Below are positions 37,040 through 47,491 of a DNA stretch of 64,000 nucleotides, one piece after another. The notes below the pieces were generated by a model. That model made no database searches, was not told the origin of the DNA, and saw nothing but the letters and a program-made list of their open reading frames with translations. Position 1 is the stretch's first letter, and each line of letters starts with the position of its first letter. Origin of the DNA: a virus. Taxonomy: Duplodnaviria > Caudoviricetes. The stretch lies in IMG/VR virus record IMGVR_UViG_3300002895_000002, positions 96,001-160,000 of that record. One strand, 5' to 3'. The position numbers were made by a program, and so were the translations under genes.

Positions 37040-38584
37040 ATGACAGACAGAAATCAAGTAACCATAACCAAGATAGATGAAGCAACGGTAGCTATTGACG
37101 CAAACCCCATCATCACTCAGGAGCTCATAAACTTCTTCTCGGTTTATGCTCCGAACTATCGTTGGGCCCCAGCATATAAGCAAGGTCACTGGGACGGAAA
37201 GATCCGGTTCTTCAACTACAGTAATCAGCTGCCCATTGGCCTTGTGAGTAAAGTAGCAGAATTCTGCCGCATGGGCCGGTATCCTCTCAAGATGGATTTC
37301 CAGACAGAGATCAAGCTGGACCAGACGGAGTTTACTCGGTTCGTTCATTCTCTTCATATCGTCGATGGAGATGGAAATCCGATGGAGCCGAGGGACTACC
37401 AGTTTATGTCTGCATTCGAGGCATGTTTCCGCCGACACATCTGCATGGAAGTTCCTACTGCTGGTGGTAAGACTCTGATCGCCTATATCATCGCTCGTTT
37501 CTTTGAGAAGATCGGGAAGAAGTTGCTTATCTGTGTCCCGAACGTATCTCTGGTCGAGCAGACCTACTCGGATTTCTTCTCGTATGGATGGGAAGACCTG
37601 TCTCAGTTTGTTCACATGATTTATTCTGGGAAAAAGAAAGATAGCTACTGCCCTGTGATTATCTCAACTTGGCAATCACTGCAACCAAAGCTGAAGGAGA
37701 ATCCTGAATATTTTGAACAATTTGATGGTTTGCTCATCGACGAAGCTCACGGAGCAAAAGCTACTGTCTTGAAAGACCTGACTGCTAAGTGTGTCAACGC
37801 TCAATGGCGTATGGGACTTTCCGGAACCTATCCAGACAGTAAATCTGCGGACTGGTACACAATCGTTGGTGGTCTCGGTCCGATCAAGAAATTCACTACC
37901 TACAAGGAACTCCAAGACAAGGGTCATATTGCAGGTCTGAAGATCTTTACTATCATTCTCAAGTATCCACTCTCAGTAAAAAGAGATTGCTACGAAAAAT
38001 GTGGGGATGATTATCACGTTCAGAACGATTATATCTACGGTCTTGAGTCAAGGAATGACTTCATAAAGAAGATGGTTTCTCAGCTCGACAAGAACGCTCT
38101 TGTTTTGTTCACAAAGATAGAAAAACATGGTGAGCCACTCAAGAAAATCTTGTCAACAATTCCCAAGAAGAGACTCATCTATATCGTAGGTGGAACTGAG
38201 GTCTCAGAACGGGAAATGAGTCGAGCTGTTGCTGAAAAAAGGGACGATGTAATTATTCTGGCCAGCTATGGCGTATTCTCTACCGGAGTGAACGTGAAAA
38301 ACATTCACTTCATTCTCTTTGCTTCTGGGTACAAGTCTCGGATCAAGGTACTCCAGTCTATTGGTCGGGGTCTCAGAAAGCACAAGGATAAGGTTGACCT
38401 TGTTCTCTACGATATTGTTGATGACATGAGCTTTACCAGCAAGAAGGACGAAATCCGGTTCATCAACCATTCCGTAAAGCATTTCAAGGAGCGGACGAAG
38501 ATCTATGATGAGCAGGGATTTACTCACAAGTATATCACCTACGAGATCAAAGACGAGAGCAAAACCGACCTAACAACTCTCTGA
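37040..38584 (+). CDS. uvsW: SF2 DNA helicase
   Basis: PRDYQ; PTAGGKT; STWQS; LIDEAH; GLSGT; ASYGVFSTGVN; LQSIGRGLR. Confidence 0.95.
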   Translation: MTDRNQVTITKIDEATVAIDANPIITQELINFFSVYAPNYRWAPAYKQGHWDGKIRFFNYSNQLPIGLVSKVAEFCRMGRYPLKMDFQTEIKLDQTEFTRFVHSLHIVDGDGNPMEPRDYQFMSAFEACFRRHICMEVPTAGGKTLIAYIIARFFEKIGKKLLICVPNVSLVEQTYSDFFSYGWEDLSQFVHMIYSGKKKDSYCPVIISTWQSLQPKLKENPEYFEQFDGLLIDEAHGAKATVLKDLTAKCVNAQWRMGLSGTYPDSKSADWYTIVGGLGPIKKFTTYKELQDKGHIAGLKIFTIILKYPLSVKRDCYEKCGDDYHVQNDYIYGLESRNDFIKKMVSQLDKNALVLFTKIEKHGEPLKKILSTIPKKRLIYIVGGTEVSEREMSRAVAEKRDDVIILASYGVFSTGVNVKNIHFILFASGYKSRIKVLQSIGRGLRKHKDKVDLVLYDIVDDMSFTSKKDEIRFINHSVKHFKERTKIYDEQGFTHKYITYEIKDESKTDLTTL

Positions 38585-38596
38585 TGTCAACCGAAT

Positions 38597-38625
38597 TTGA
38601 CATTCTAATGAAGTTCATGTATTAT
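38597..38625 (+). promoter_or_regulatory. Sigma70-type promoter TTGACA-N17-TATTAT
   Basis: Upstream of gp55. Confidence 0.7.
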
Positions 38626-38668
38626 GGAATTACGATATAAGAACGCGATGTAACAAGGGAGTAACATC

Positions 38669-39130
38669 ATGGCGAAGCGGGAAAAGAATCACTTCATCTC
38701 CAACGCGAGACTCACGGAAATACTTGGAGCTTGGGCAGATGAATGTCGAAAGAAGAAGGAAAAGGATGAACCCCATCCCCCTATGCCAGACGAGGTTGCA
38801 ATAGCGATTCTCCGGATGGTTGAGAAGTATGGCAGGATGTCGAACTTCTCGGGATATACCTATCTTGATGAGATGCAGTCCGAAGCAATCCTTACCTGCG
38901 TTCGCTATGCTCACAACTTTGACAGAAACAAGTCGAACAATGCTTTTGCCTGGATCACTCAAATCATCCATAACTCATTCGTTGCTGTGATCAATGATGA
39001 AAAGAAGGAAGCCCAGAAAAAGTTTGAACTCACCAAAGAACTCAACCCAAAGCTTGGAAAGTCAGACTTCCACGATATCAAACTCGACGATTCAAATTCC
39101 ATCTCAATCCCGGAAGGATTTTTGAACTAA
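38669..39130 (+). CDS. gp55: Late-transcription sigma factor
   Basis: HFISNARL; NFSGYTYLDEMQSEA; YAHNFD..NAFAWITQIIHNSF. Confidence 0.92.
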   Translation: MAKREKNHFISNARLTEILGAWADECRKKKEKDEPHPPMPDEVAIAILRMVEKYGRMSNFSGYTYLDEMQSEAILTCVRYAHNFDRNKSNNAFAWITQIIHNSFVAVINDEKKEAQKKFELTKELNPKLGKSDFHDIKLDDSNSISIPEGFLN

Positions 39131-39131
39131 C

Positions 39132-40286
39132 ATGACAGAGTCTATAAACATTCCGATTCTATCGGATATACATTTCGGACAGAAAGCATTCAATAAATCT
39201 GTCTTTGAAATGCAGATGTACTTTTTTGAGAAGCAGTTTTTCCCTTGGTGTTTGAAGCACGGGGTCAAGTATGTCCTTCACGGTGGTGACTTGTTCCATA
39301 ATAGGAACATCATCGACTGGTACATCATGACCGAGGTGAAGAAGCGTTTCTTTCAGTGGTTTGATGATAATGGGATCGAATTCCATACTATAGTTGGAAA
39401 CCACGACAGCTATTACAAGTCCACGATTGAGACCAACTCCCCTTGTGCAACAACTGCAGAATTTAAGAACGTTCACATATATTCCAAGCAAACAGTCATT
39501 CAGCTCGGAAAATATACGTTCGGGATGGTTCCGTGGATCATCGACGAGCACAATGCTGTTCTTCCGAAAGATGTTGATGTTATCCTCGGTCACTTTGAAG
39601 CCAAAGATTTCCAGCTAATGAAGGGGATATATTCTACTGATGGTTTTGACCTAACCTTCTTCAAGCCATACAAGCTAGTCTTGTCTGGTCATTATCACAT
39701 CAAATCACATAAACAGAACTTCTACATGGTTGGCACCCAGTATCAAACGTCCTGGGGTGACCACGGTATTGAGAAGGGATTCTACGTCCTTCAAGATAAC
39801 TTCAAGATGAAGTATATCGACAACACCGTTTCCCCTCGGTTTGTTAAACTCTTCTATAGAGAGATTGACGGTGTAAAGCAAATTCGCACTGTGGGTGAAA
39901 AGGGTGAAAAGACCAGAGAAGTAGATGCCAGTGAAGCCATTCAGGTTGTAAAGAAGAATTACTGTAAACTGATTGTGGAAAAATCCACAGACCAAGCGGC
40001 ACTGGATTCATTCTTTACTTCCCTCCAAGCTCGGTCGAGGGATGGTTACAAAATTGAACTCATTGATGCAAACGAAGTTATAGAATCGTTTGACTTTGAT
40101 GAGATCGAACAAAAAATCGTTGAAGAATCTGATGTTTTTGATACGATACATACATTCGTGGGTGGAATGACATTTGATAGTGATATTGACAAAGATGTGA
40201 TCTTTGATGTGTTCCGTGTTTTGTACCGTGAAGCAGAGGAACAACATACTGAGATCCAACAACAAAGAAACGGGAGTAACGAATGA
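39132..40286 (+). CDS. gp47: Recombination endonuclease subunit (Mre11/SbcD-like)
   Basis: SDIHFG; GDLFHNR; VGNHD; GHFE; SGHYH. Confidence 0.92.
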   Translation: MTESINIPILSDIHFGQKAFNKSVFEMQMYFFEKQFFPWCLKHGVKYVLHGGDLFHNRNIIDWYIMTEVKKRFFQWFDDNGIEFHTIVGNHDSYYKSTIETNSPCATTAEFKNVHIYSKQTVIQLGKYTFGMVPWIIDEHNAVLPKDVDVILGHFEAKDFQLMKGIYSTDGFDLTFFKPYKLVLSGHYHIKSHKQNFYMVGTQYQTSWGDHGIEKGFYVLQDNFKMKYIDNTVSPRFVKLFYREIDGVKQIRTVGEKGEKTREVDASEAIQVVKKNYCKLIVEKSTDQAALDSFFTSLQARSRDGYKIELIDANEVIESFDFDEIEQKIVEESDVFDTIHTFVGGMTFDSDIDKDVIFDVFRVLYREAEEQHTEIQQQRNGSNE

Positions 40287-40732
40287 ATATCAACAGAATC
40301 CTTCATCAAAAAGGCCTTTCCAAGTTTGATCTCTGCTACAAACGCTCCAGCACCGGGTTTCCTCTTCCAAAGCAAACAGTAATAACGGTGGTATGGTCCG
40401 CTGGTGTGTTTGAACCCCCACATGAAGATGAGTACGGAATAACCTACGGTATTTCCGTCAAGTGTGCTGCTGATGAGATCTACATCCCAAAGATCGGATT
40501 GACCCTGGCTGTTCGTCGTTATGATCAGTCCCCGGTTCGGTTCAAAGGAAAAATCGAGACCCTCAAAACGGAAGGGCAGTTTGACTCCAACAAGGTGCAT
40601 GGAGCAATCTGTCATTCCATTTTCAGTGAGATTTCTGAAGGCAATCTCAATCTCTTTAGTGAGAACAGCAAAACCAAGGATGATGTCCTTGCTATGTGCT
40701 TTGAGTTTTTTGACAACTCCGGTCTTCGATAG
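40283..40732 (+). CDS. Hypothetical protein
   Basis: 149 aa ORF coupled (ATGA) to gp47. Confidence 0.6.
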   Translation: MNINRILHQKGLSKFDLCYKRSSTGFPLPKQTVITVVWSAGVFEPPHEDEYGITYGISVKCAADEIYIPKIGLTLAVRRYDQSPVRFKGKIETLKTEGQFDSNKVHGAICHSIFSEISEGNLNLFSENSKTKDDVLAMCFEFFDNSGLR

Positions 40733-40767
40733 TAAACTATAAACATCACTGGAAGTTAGGGGCAACG

Positions 40768-42480
40768 ATGCTTGAGTTTGAAAGTCTTGAATGGTCGAAC
40801 TTCCTCAGCTATGGGAATCGGCCAACAAAATACGACTTCAAGAAGGGCGTGTCGAGAATAGCAGGAGAGAACGGTACTGGCAAGTCCACTATCGTTGATG
40901 CTCTCTGGTTTGCTCTTTTCGGGAAGACCTACAGGAAGATCAATCTTGGGATGTTGGTTAACTCAATCAATAAGAGAGACCTTCTGGTTATTTTGCGTTT
41001 TCGGGTTGACAACATTAAATATCGGATTGAACGTGGGCTCAAGCCGAACATTTTTCGTATCTACCAAGATGATGAGCTTGTTCCGCAAGAGGCAAAGAAC
41101 AAGTCATATCAGGAGATGCTCGAGCAGGAGATTCTTCAGTTCAACGAGAATCTTGCGGATCAAATCCTCGTAAAATCCCTCACTAAGAACATCTCTTTTC
41201 TTACCCTGGGAAAGGGCCCGAAGCGAGAGATTGTTGAAGGGATCTTTGACATTGAGATCTTCTCTACCATGAACAAGCTATGCAAGAGCAAGCTCGATCA
41301 GATTGAAACAAAGATTCTTGAGGCCAGGAAAGACATTGATGCAGCTAAAATGCTCCTGGATAACGAGTTTGCAAACGTCCAGCAGTTGATCAAACTCAAA
41401 CAGCAAATCGAAGATGATGCAAGGAAAAAAGTAGAAGCAACTGAAGAAAAGGTCCAGGAGCAACGCGATATTATTGAGAAGTGTCAGGTCGGACTTCAAA
41501 AAATAGCATCGTTCAAAACCAGGAGAAGTGACGCTAACGTTGAAAAGAGTAACGTCCTTGCCGATCTAAAGGAACTTAGGGATCAACATGCCAACCTGAA
41601 AGCAAAACATCAGTTTGCTCTAAACAAGATGAAGGTGTTTAACAGCACCTGTCCTGGCTGCCCTAAGCTCAAAGAGATTGAAGATAATACCGGAGCAGAG
41701 GACATTCTTCAGGCGATATTATCCAACGAAGCAAAACAGGAAGAGCTTGAGACTGTCAAGGCAGCACTGAATGAGAAGATCAAAAAACTTGACGAACTGA
41801 TATATAACGAGAACTTCCTTCATTCAAAAATTAAGACTGCCCAGCAATCAATCAATGATATGATAGAATCTGTTGCCACAACCGCCTCTGAGTCTATCGT
41901 CATTGATGAATCAAAGATGAAAGAATTTGAGAAGCAGAAAACTGAATGTGAATCAAAATACAATGCTCTTGTGTATCAGAAGAAGCACCTGGCTGTCGTT
42001 CGGATGCTCCTCTCGGATGAAGGAATCAAGACATATATCATCAAGCGTCATTTGCCAAGTATCAACAAGCTCCTGAATACATACCTTCAGAAGTTTCATA
42101 CAGACATCCTGTTCCACTTTGACAGTGAGTTCAATGAAGTGGTTCTCACAAGACACAAGGAGAACTTCAACTATTACAGCTTCTCAGAAGGACAGAAGAG
42201 AAGAATGGACTTGGCTGTTATGTTTGCCTTTATGGAATTTGCTAAGTTCAAAGCCAAGAAGAGCAACAACAACCTTCTCATCCTGGACGAGATAACTGCT
42301 GGGTGTGATGCCATCGCTGAAAACGCTCTTTACGACATCCTCAAGGAAGTGGTAAATAGAGAGGGTAAAGAAATCATAACTGTCAGCCACAGTATGGCTA
42401 TCGATCCTGAAAAGGTCGACCGACTTTTTCAAGTAACGATGGAACGTGGATTTAGTGTCCAAACGTCAGTAGAGGCATAA
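40768..42480 (+). CDS. gp46: Recombination ATPase subunit (Rad50/SbcC-like)
   Basis: NFLSYG; GENGTGKST; CPGCP hook; FSEGQKRRMDLA; LILDE. Confidence 0.95.
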   Translation: MLEFESLEWSNFLSYGNRPTKYDFKKGVSRIAGENGTGKSTIVDALWFALFGKTYRKINLGMLVNSINKRDLLVILRFRVDNIKYRIERGLKPNIFRIYQDDELVPQEAKNKSYQEMLEQEILQFNENLADQILVKSLTKNISFLTLGKGPKREIVEGIFDIEIFSTMNKLCKSKLDQIETKILEARKDIDAAKMLLDNEFANVQQLIKLKQQIEDDARKKVEATEEKVQEQRDIIEKCQVGLQKIASFKTRRSDANVEKSNVLADLKELRDQHANLKAKHQFALNKMKVFNSTCPGCPKLKEIEDNTGAEDILQAILSNEAKQEELETVKAALNEKIKKLDELIYNENFLHSKIKTAQQSINDMIESVATTASESIVIDESKMKEFEKQKTECESKYNALVYQKKHLAVVRMLLSDEGIKTYIIKRHLPSINKLLNTYLQKFHTDILFHFDSEFNEVVLTRHKENFNYYSFSEGQKRRMDLAVMFAFMEFAKFKAKKSNNNLLILDEITAGCDAIAENALYDILKEVVNREGKEIITVSHSMAIDPEKVDRLFQVTMERGFSVQTSVEA

Positions 42481-42483
42481 TAT

Positions 42484-42978
42484 ATGCAGTCAGCAACTCC
42501 GGAACAACTGTCACAGCTCCTCAGACTGGCTTCTATATTGAGGGAAGGATTGAGTATAGTATGTGATACTACCAACTACCCAATCAATGTATACACTTCC
42601 GAAGATAGAACAAGTCTTGTTCTGGATGGGCCGCAGTTTGTATTCTTGATGCTACACCCGACTCGAAACAGTAAAGACATGATGACTCTTCATTTAGAAG
42701 TAGACATGAAATCAGCCCGAGCGGCTGCTATCGTAAAGACCATCTCAAACTTTATTGAATCAAAACGATGGCGTCTAGGCGAAGAGTTTTACTTTGATGA
42801 ATCTGACAATACTGTTACCTATGGTGAAGAAGCCAGAATTAAAAAGAAAGAGAAATTTATAAATAACAATGGATTTGAAACATGTCTTTTCTGTGAAAGT
42901 GTCGTTCAACAAGGAGCAGTGACAGATACTGGTTGTCCGTTGTGTCAACATAAAGTAACATCAATGCTCTGGAGCTAA
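42484..42978 (+). CDS. Hypothetical protein with C-terminal Zn ribbon
   Basis: CLFC..CPLC. Confidence 0.6.
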   Translation: MQSATPEQLSQLLRLASILREGLSIVCDTTNYPINVYTSEDRTSLVLDGPQFVFLMLHPTRNSKDMMTLHLEVDMKSARAAAIVKTISNFIESKRWRLGEEFYFDESDNTVTYGEEARIKKKEKFINNNGFETCLFCESVVQQGAVTDTGCPLCQHKVTSMLWS

Positions 42979-42980
42979 GA

Positions 42981-43220
42981 ATGCCAACCCCATTAATGAA
43001 ATCACTGGCAAAGAAGTCTGGAAAAACGTCTGCTCAGGTCGAAAAAATGTGGGATTCTGTCAAGAATTCCCTCAAAGAACAAGGCCATGACGAAAATGAC
43101 CAAAGCTTCTATCCAAGATTGGTTGGCATTCTCAAGAAGAATCTTGGTTTGACAGAGCAGTATACCATCAATGAAAAGTTCATCACTCTTCTGGAGAGAT
43201 CAATAAGCGACACGAAATAA
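42981..43220 (+). CDS. Small conserved phage hypothetical protein
   Basis: MPTPLMKSLAKKSGKT..VEKMWD. Confidence 0.6.
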   Translation: MPTPLMKSLAKKSGKTSAQVEKMWDSVKNSLKEQGHDENDQSFYPRLVGILKKNLGLTEQYTINEKFITLLERSISDTK

Positions 43221-43325
43221 TCTACATACCCTACCACATACATCTATTATCCATCGCTAATCAGGGCACAGACACCGTCGCTTGAGACAAAGTCACCGCC
43301 CACAACACGCAAAGGAGAAACACAG

Positions 43326-44435
43326 ATGGCCAAAGCACCAGCCAAAGCTGGCGGTCTCGCCCAGCGAATGAAAGCAGCAGCAGGAACAGAGTATGCAGTC
43401 CTCATGGGAGAGGACGACGATCGTTTTGAGATTAAGGAATGGTTTGACACCGGGAACCTCCTTCTCAACGCCCTCATCTCTGCGGATCCATACAAGGGTG
43501 TCCCGGGCGGAAAGATCATTCAGCTCGCCGGACCAAACTCCGTTGGTAAGACCTACTTCTGTCTGGAGCTGCTCAAAGCTACTCAGAAGGCTGGGTATTT
43601 CAACATCCTGTACGATTCCGAGTTTGCCAACAACAACAAGCAAGATCTCATCAAACGTGGTTTGGATCTTGATAACCTGCTTTGGGTAGGTGTTGACATC
43701 GTTGAACGCCTCAAGACCTCCGTTCTCAAACAGCTCGACGAGATCCAGGATGGTGAGAAGGTAGCCATGATGATTGACTCCATCGGCAACCTGTCCACCA
43801 TCAAGGAAGTCACGGACTCCACTGAAGGTAACGACAAGAAAGATATGACCCGAGCCCAGCAGCTCAAGGCTCTGTTCAGAACCTGCACCCTCAAAGCCGG
43901 CGTCAAGGGTGTTCCGATGTTTCTTGTCAACCACGTCTATGCTGTGGTCGGTTCCAACGTGCCAACCAACCAGGTCGGCGGTGGCTCTGGATCCCTCTAC
44001 ATGAGCTCCATCATCCTCGAGCTGTCCAAGGCCCAAGACAAGAACGCCGACGGTGAGATCGTTGGTACGTGGATCACGTGTAAATCAGTCAAGAACCGCT
44101 TTGCTCGGGAACGCCAGAAGATCAAGGTCAACATCAACTTCAAAGAAGGGCTCGGTCGCTATTCCGGTCTCTTCGAGTTCTTCTACGACGAGGAAGAGGT
44201 CTTTACTCGGTCCGGCAACTACTACAAGAACCCGTGGACCGATCATTCCCTGCTCAAGAAAGATTTCACCCCTGAGGTTTGGGAAGAGATCCTCAAGGCT
44301 GGTGGTGCTGATTACCTCCGCAACCGGTTTGCCTACCAGTCAGACGCTATTGACATTCCTGATGAGGAAGAGACCGAGCCGGAATTGCTCACTGAGACCA
44401 AAAAGAAAAAGGGTGGCACAATAGAGATTCTGTAA
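43326..44435 (+). CDS. uvsX: RecA-like recombinase
   Basis: FDTGNLLLNALIS; AGPNSVGKT; YDSE; IDSIGNL; DMTRA; LVNHVY; GGGSG. Confidence 0.95.
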   Translation: MAKAPAKAGGLAQRMKAAAGTEYAVLMGEDDDRFEIKEWFDTGNLLLNALISADPYKGVPGGKIIQLAGPNSVGKTYFCLELLKATQKAGYFNILYDSEFANNNKQDLIKRGLDLDNLLWVGVDIVERLKTSVLKQLDEIQDGEKVAMMIDSIGNLSTIKEVTDSTEGNDKKDMTRAQQLKALFRTCTLKAGVKGVPMFLVNHVYAVVGSNVPTNQVGGGSGSLYMSSIILELSKAQDKNADGEIVGTWITCKSVKNRFARERQKIKVNINFKEGLGRYSGLFEFFYDEEEVFTRSGNYYKNPWTDHSLLKKDFTPEVWEEILKAGGADYLRNRFAYQSDAIDIPDEEETEPELLTETKKKKGGTIEIL

Positions 44436-44459
44436 GGTTACGTGAAAAACGTACCAAAT

Positions 44460-44513
44460 TTGACAGAGAAGGGGTTTGGTTGTATCATGGAAACATGAAC
44501 ACCAAACCCCTTC
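44460..44513 (+). promoter_or_regulatory. Sigma70 promoter TTGACA-N17-TATCAT embedded in a 13-bp inverted repeat
   Basis: gaaggggtttggt/accaaaccccttc with the -10 in the loop. Confidence 0.7.
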
Positions 44514-44529
44514 ATTCGTAAGGAACGGC

Positions 44530-45945
44530 ATGCTTACCGAAAACCTGTTTTACCACCTTGTTGAAAGCGAAGATTTTTGGCGAATCGTATATCCCCACAT
44601 CAAGCTTGAGTACATCGTTGAAAACATCGATCGAATTCTGTTCCAAAAGATCAAGATGTATGAATCGATGTATACCAAACGTCCGAAGTGGGCGGACCTG
44701 AAATTACTGGTCGAATCTGATACAAAAATCTCAGAAAAAGACACCCAGGATGCGTTTGATCGGATAGAGGAATATCGTAACACCGACCAGGTAGGCGACC
44801 TCAAACTTTTGATTGATGAAACAGAGAAATGGGCTCAAACGCGAGCTCTAGAACTAGCCATTCTTGAGTCGGTGGATATCATCCAGGATCCCAAAAAAGC
44901 AAACAAGGGTCTGATCCAAGATCTCATCAAAGATGCTCTCTGTGTTCAGTTCCAAGTCTCGATTGGTCACGACTACTTCAAAGACGCACCAGCCCGGTTG
45001 GAAGCATACACCACAGACGACGAAGTAATTCCCTTCAAGTTTACCCAGACTCTGAACGAAATGATGAACGGCGGACTCCGGAAGTCTTCCATGTTCATCT
45101 ACTGTGCACCACCAAACAAGGGTAAGACTCTCATTCTCTGTGACAACGCATCCCAGCTCGTTGCTGCCGGGTTGAATGTTCTGTATGTTTCTGGTGAGAT
45201 GGCTGAGACAATGATATCAAAGCGAGTTGATGCTAACTTGCTTGATATCGACATGGACAATCTGTCATCTAAGGTTGACAAGAAGCAGTTCATGTCAGGA
45301 ATAAAAGATCTGTATGAGAAGTCATGTGGCCGGCTCATTGTCAAACAATATCCGGCAGGAACAGCCACAATCCACCATATTCGTGCTCTAATTCAAGAGA
45401 TCAAGCTCAAGAAGGGGATTGATATTGATGTCCTGGTTCTGGACTACCTGAACCTCTTTGCATCAACCAGACTTCCTTCTTCTGCAATGACCAATACCTA
45501 CCTATATGTCAAAGCAGTTGCAGAAGAGTTCCGAGGTCTATGTGTTGAGCTGAACATTCCGTGTATCACTGCAACCCAGATCAACCGAGGTGCAACAAAC
45601 GCTGCTCCGGACGCCGTTGACATGACGGGTATCTCTGATAGCTTTGGTATCGCAATGACAGCAGACTTTATGGCTGCAATCATTCAAACCCCAGAACTGT
45701 TCGAACAGAGTCTGTATCTACTGAAAGTAATCAAGTCTCGGTTCAAGGATAACATCAACGAGATCTACACCATTGGGGTTGATAGGCCAAAGATGAGACT
45801 AGAGGACGTTGATGATAGTAGGAAGCAAGTGCCAATCAATGTGAAAGACCAACTCGCAGCACAAGCTCGAGGAGTGGCTGATAAACAAAAAATAGCCGGG
45901 GTTGCGATGGTGAAGGAGCTGAAGGATGATGTGTTCGAGTTCTAG
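44530..45945 (+). CDS. gp41: Replicative DNA helicase
   Basis: SIGHDY; APPNKGKTL; YVSGEM; VKQYPAG; VLDYLN; TATQINR; ISDSFG. Confidence 0.95.
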   Translation: MLTENLFYHLVESEDFWRIVYPHIKLEYIVENIDRILFQKIKMYESMYTKRPKWADLKLLVESDTKISEKDTQDAFDRIEEYRNTDQVGDLKLLIDETEKWAQTRALELAILESVDIIQDPKKANKGLIQDLIKDALCVQFQVSIGHDYFKDAPARLEAYTTDDEVIPFKFTQTLNEMMNGGLRKSSMFIYCAPPNKGKTLILCDNASQLVAAGLNVLYVSGEMAETMISKRVDANLLDIDMDNLSSKVDKKQFMSGIKDLYEKSCGRLIVKQYPAGTATIHHIRALIQEIKLKKGIDIDVLVLDYLNLFASTRLPSSAMTNTYLYVKAVAEEFRGLCVELNIPCITATQINRGATNAAPDAVDMTGISDSFGIAMTADFMAAIIQTPELFEQSLYLLKVIKSRFKDNINEIYTIGVDRPKMRLEDVDDSRKQVPINVKDQLAAQARGVADKQKIAGVAMVKELKDDVFEF

Positions 45946-45954
45946 TTTATTTCC

Positions 45955-45983
45955 TTGACACTTTCCTTTATTTTTGTTATCAT
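45955..45983 (+). promoter_or_regulatory. Sigma70-type promoter TTGACA-N17-TATCAT
   Basis: Upstream of rnh. Confidence 0.7.
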
Positions 45984-46013
45984 TTGCATAGAATGAATTC
46001 CAAGGAGAACTGA

Positions 46014-46988
46014 ATGGCTATCATCATTGACAGCTCACACCTACTCGCCCGGTGCGTGCATGGCGGAAGAAAAGAGATTCTTGAGCGACCGGAGTATGCA
46101 GCTCACATGCTCTTCAACTCCATTCTCATGAACTCCCGGAAATTTGGAGCGTCAAAAGAGAATCCGGTTATTATGGCCCTTGACACCAAGCCATACTGGC
46201 GGTCTAAGTATTATGTCGAAAATAAGGATCAGTTCGTTGAATACCGGACCAACCCTAAGTATCAAGCATACAAAGGTCAGCGGGAAAAGGACGATACCTT
46301 ACCATGGGAAAAAATCTACGAGGTGGCTAATGCCTGCTACGCTGCGATTGAACAATATTCCGATTTCCATGTTGTTGGAGTCATTGGAGCAGAGGCCGAC
46401 GATATTATCGCTGTCGGAGCAAATCACTTCTCAGAAAAAGGACAACCTGTCACTGTCGTATCTTCCGATAAGGACTTCCAACAACTCCACAGACCAGGAA
46501 GAGGAGTCCAAGTCTGGGATCCAATCAAAAAAACCTTCAGACCAGACATTGACCCGGAGTATTACAAAAAGTTACACGCGATCTCTGGAGATCCCGGAGA
46601 TAACATTCTCCCTATCAAAAGAGGAGCAGGTCCAAATACAAAAACAGCTGAACGATATGCTCGAGACCTCGATACTTACCTTGCTACAGACGCAGAGCTC
46701 AGAGATCGTTACAAATTCAACAGAACACTCACAGACTTCGATTATATTCCCGTTGAAGTATCCAGTCGCATAGTTGAGGCGATTGAGAACCATACCTACT
46801 CATTCTCTGCAATGGACTTGATGAAAGTTTTCATTAAATACAGGCTCAATGCAATTGGTGAGAGAGTTCAGGAGTTTCGCCTTCCTGAGAAGACACAAGT
46901 CAAAACCAGCACCAGTGCGAAGGTATACAAGGAAGCCGCAAAGCAACAGCAGGTACTCAACAACACATTGGAGGATTTTTTCGGCTAA
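46014..46988 (+). CDS. rnh: T4-type RNase H / 5'-3' flap exonuclease
   Basis: IIIDSSHL; YWRS; YKGQR; AEADDII; SSDKDFQQL; GDPGDNI. Confidence 0.92.
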   Translation: MAIIIDSSHLLARCVHGGRKEILERPEYAAHMLFNSILMNSRKFGASKENPVIMALDTKPYWRSKYYVENKDQFVEYRTNPKYQAYKGQREKDDTLPWEKIYEVANACYAAIEQYSDFHVVGVIGAEADDIIAVGANHFSEKGQPVTVVSSDKDFQQLHRPGRGVQVWDPIKKTFRPDIDPEYYKKLHAISGDPGDNILPIKRGAGPNTKTAERYARDLDTYLATDAELRDRYKFNRTLTDFDYIPVEVSSRIVEAIENHTYSFSAMDLMKVFIKYRLNAIGERVQEFRLPEKTQVKTSTSAKVYKEAAKQQQVLNNTLEDFFG

Positions 46989-47167
46989 CAACGACCTAGA
47001 ATCCAACCTTCAGGTTGAGTGTTTTCATTATATAACCCACATTCTTTGTTATATGGATTATTATACCAACGTTTTCCTGAAGGTATTCCTTTGTTATGTG
47101 CTGGTCTTCCTTTTCGTGTATTTTGATTCTGTTCGATGATACGGTCGTAGATAGATTGATAATCCAT
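46985..47167 (-). pseudogene. Internally deleted HNH homing endonuclease (60 aa mini-element)
   Basis: MDYQSIYDRIIEQN (matches the MobE-like HEs) fused directly to a NKG..WYNN..PEGWILGR tail; no HNH motif. Confidence 0.8.
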
Positions 47168-47178
47168 GACAGTTCCCC

Positions 47179-47269
47179 TATAAATAGATGTGACAGGGAC
47201 AGCAGGGAAGTTCCCCTCTCCGTTGGTTGTGGTGGTCAGACCCAACCTTACCTGTTCCCTTTTATTTAT
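47179..47269. ncRNA. HE-associated three-way-junction element, copy E5
   Basis: GGAC AGCAG[GGAAGTTCCCCTCT]CCGTT GGTTG T GGT[GGTCAG]ACC CAACC TTACC. Confidence 0.75.
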
Positions 47270-47297
47270 CAAATCCCATGAAAGGTATAGAAATAAT

Positions 47298-47483
47298 ATG
47301 AATGTGATGTGTAACGCAGATCCCAAGACTAGACCTAGACATTGTTGTCAACGCACCAACCTTTGTTGTGTTTTCTGTCTCAAGATTAAAGACTGTTTTG
47401 CTGAAGCAGAAGCATGTAAGATTCAGAAACCATGTGACGCGGATTGTAACACTGTTGATGATCCGTGTCCGTTCGCAATCTGA
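47298..47483 (+). CDS. Small Cys-rich protein (61 aa)
   Basis: HCCQRTNLCCVFC..DC..CKIQKPCDADC..PCP. Confidence 0.55.
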   Translation: MNVMCNADPKTRPRHCCQRTNLCCVFCLKIKDCFAEAEACKIQKPCDADCNTVDDPCPFAI

Positions 47484-47491
47484 GGTGAGCC

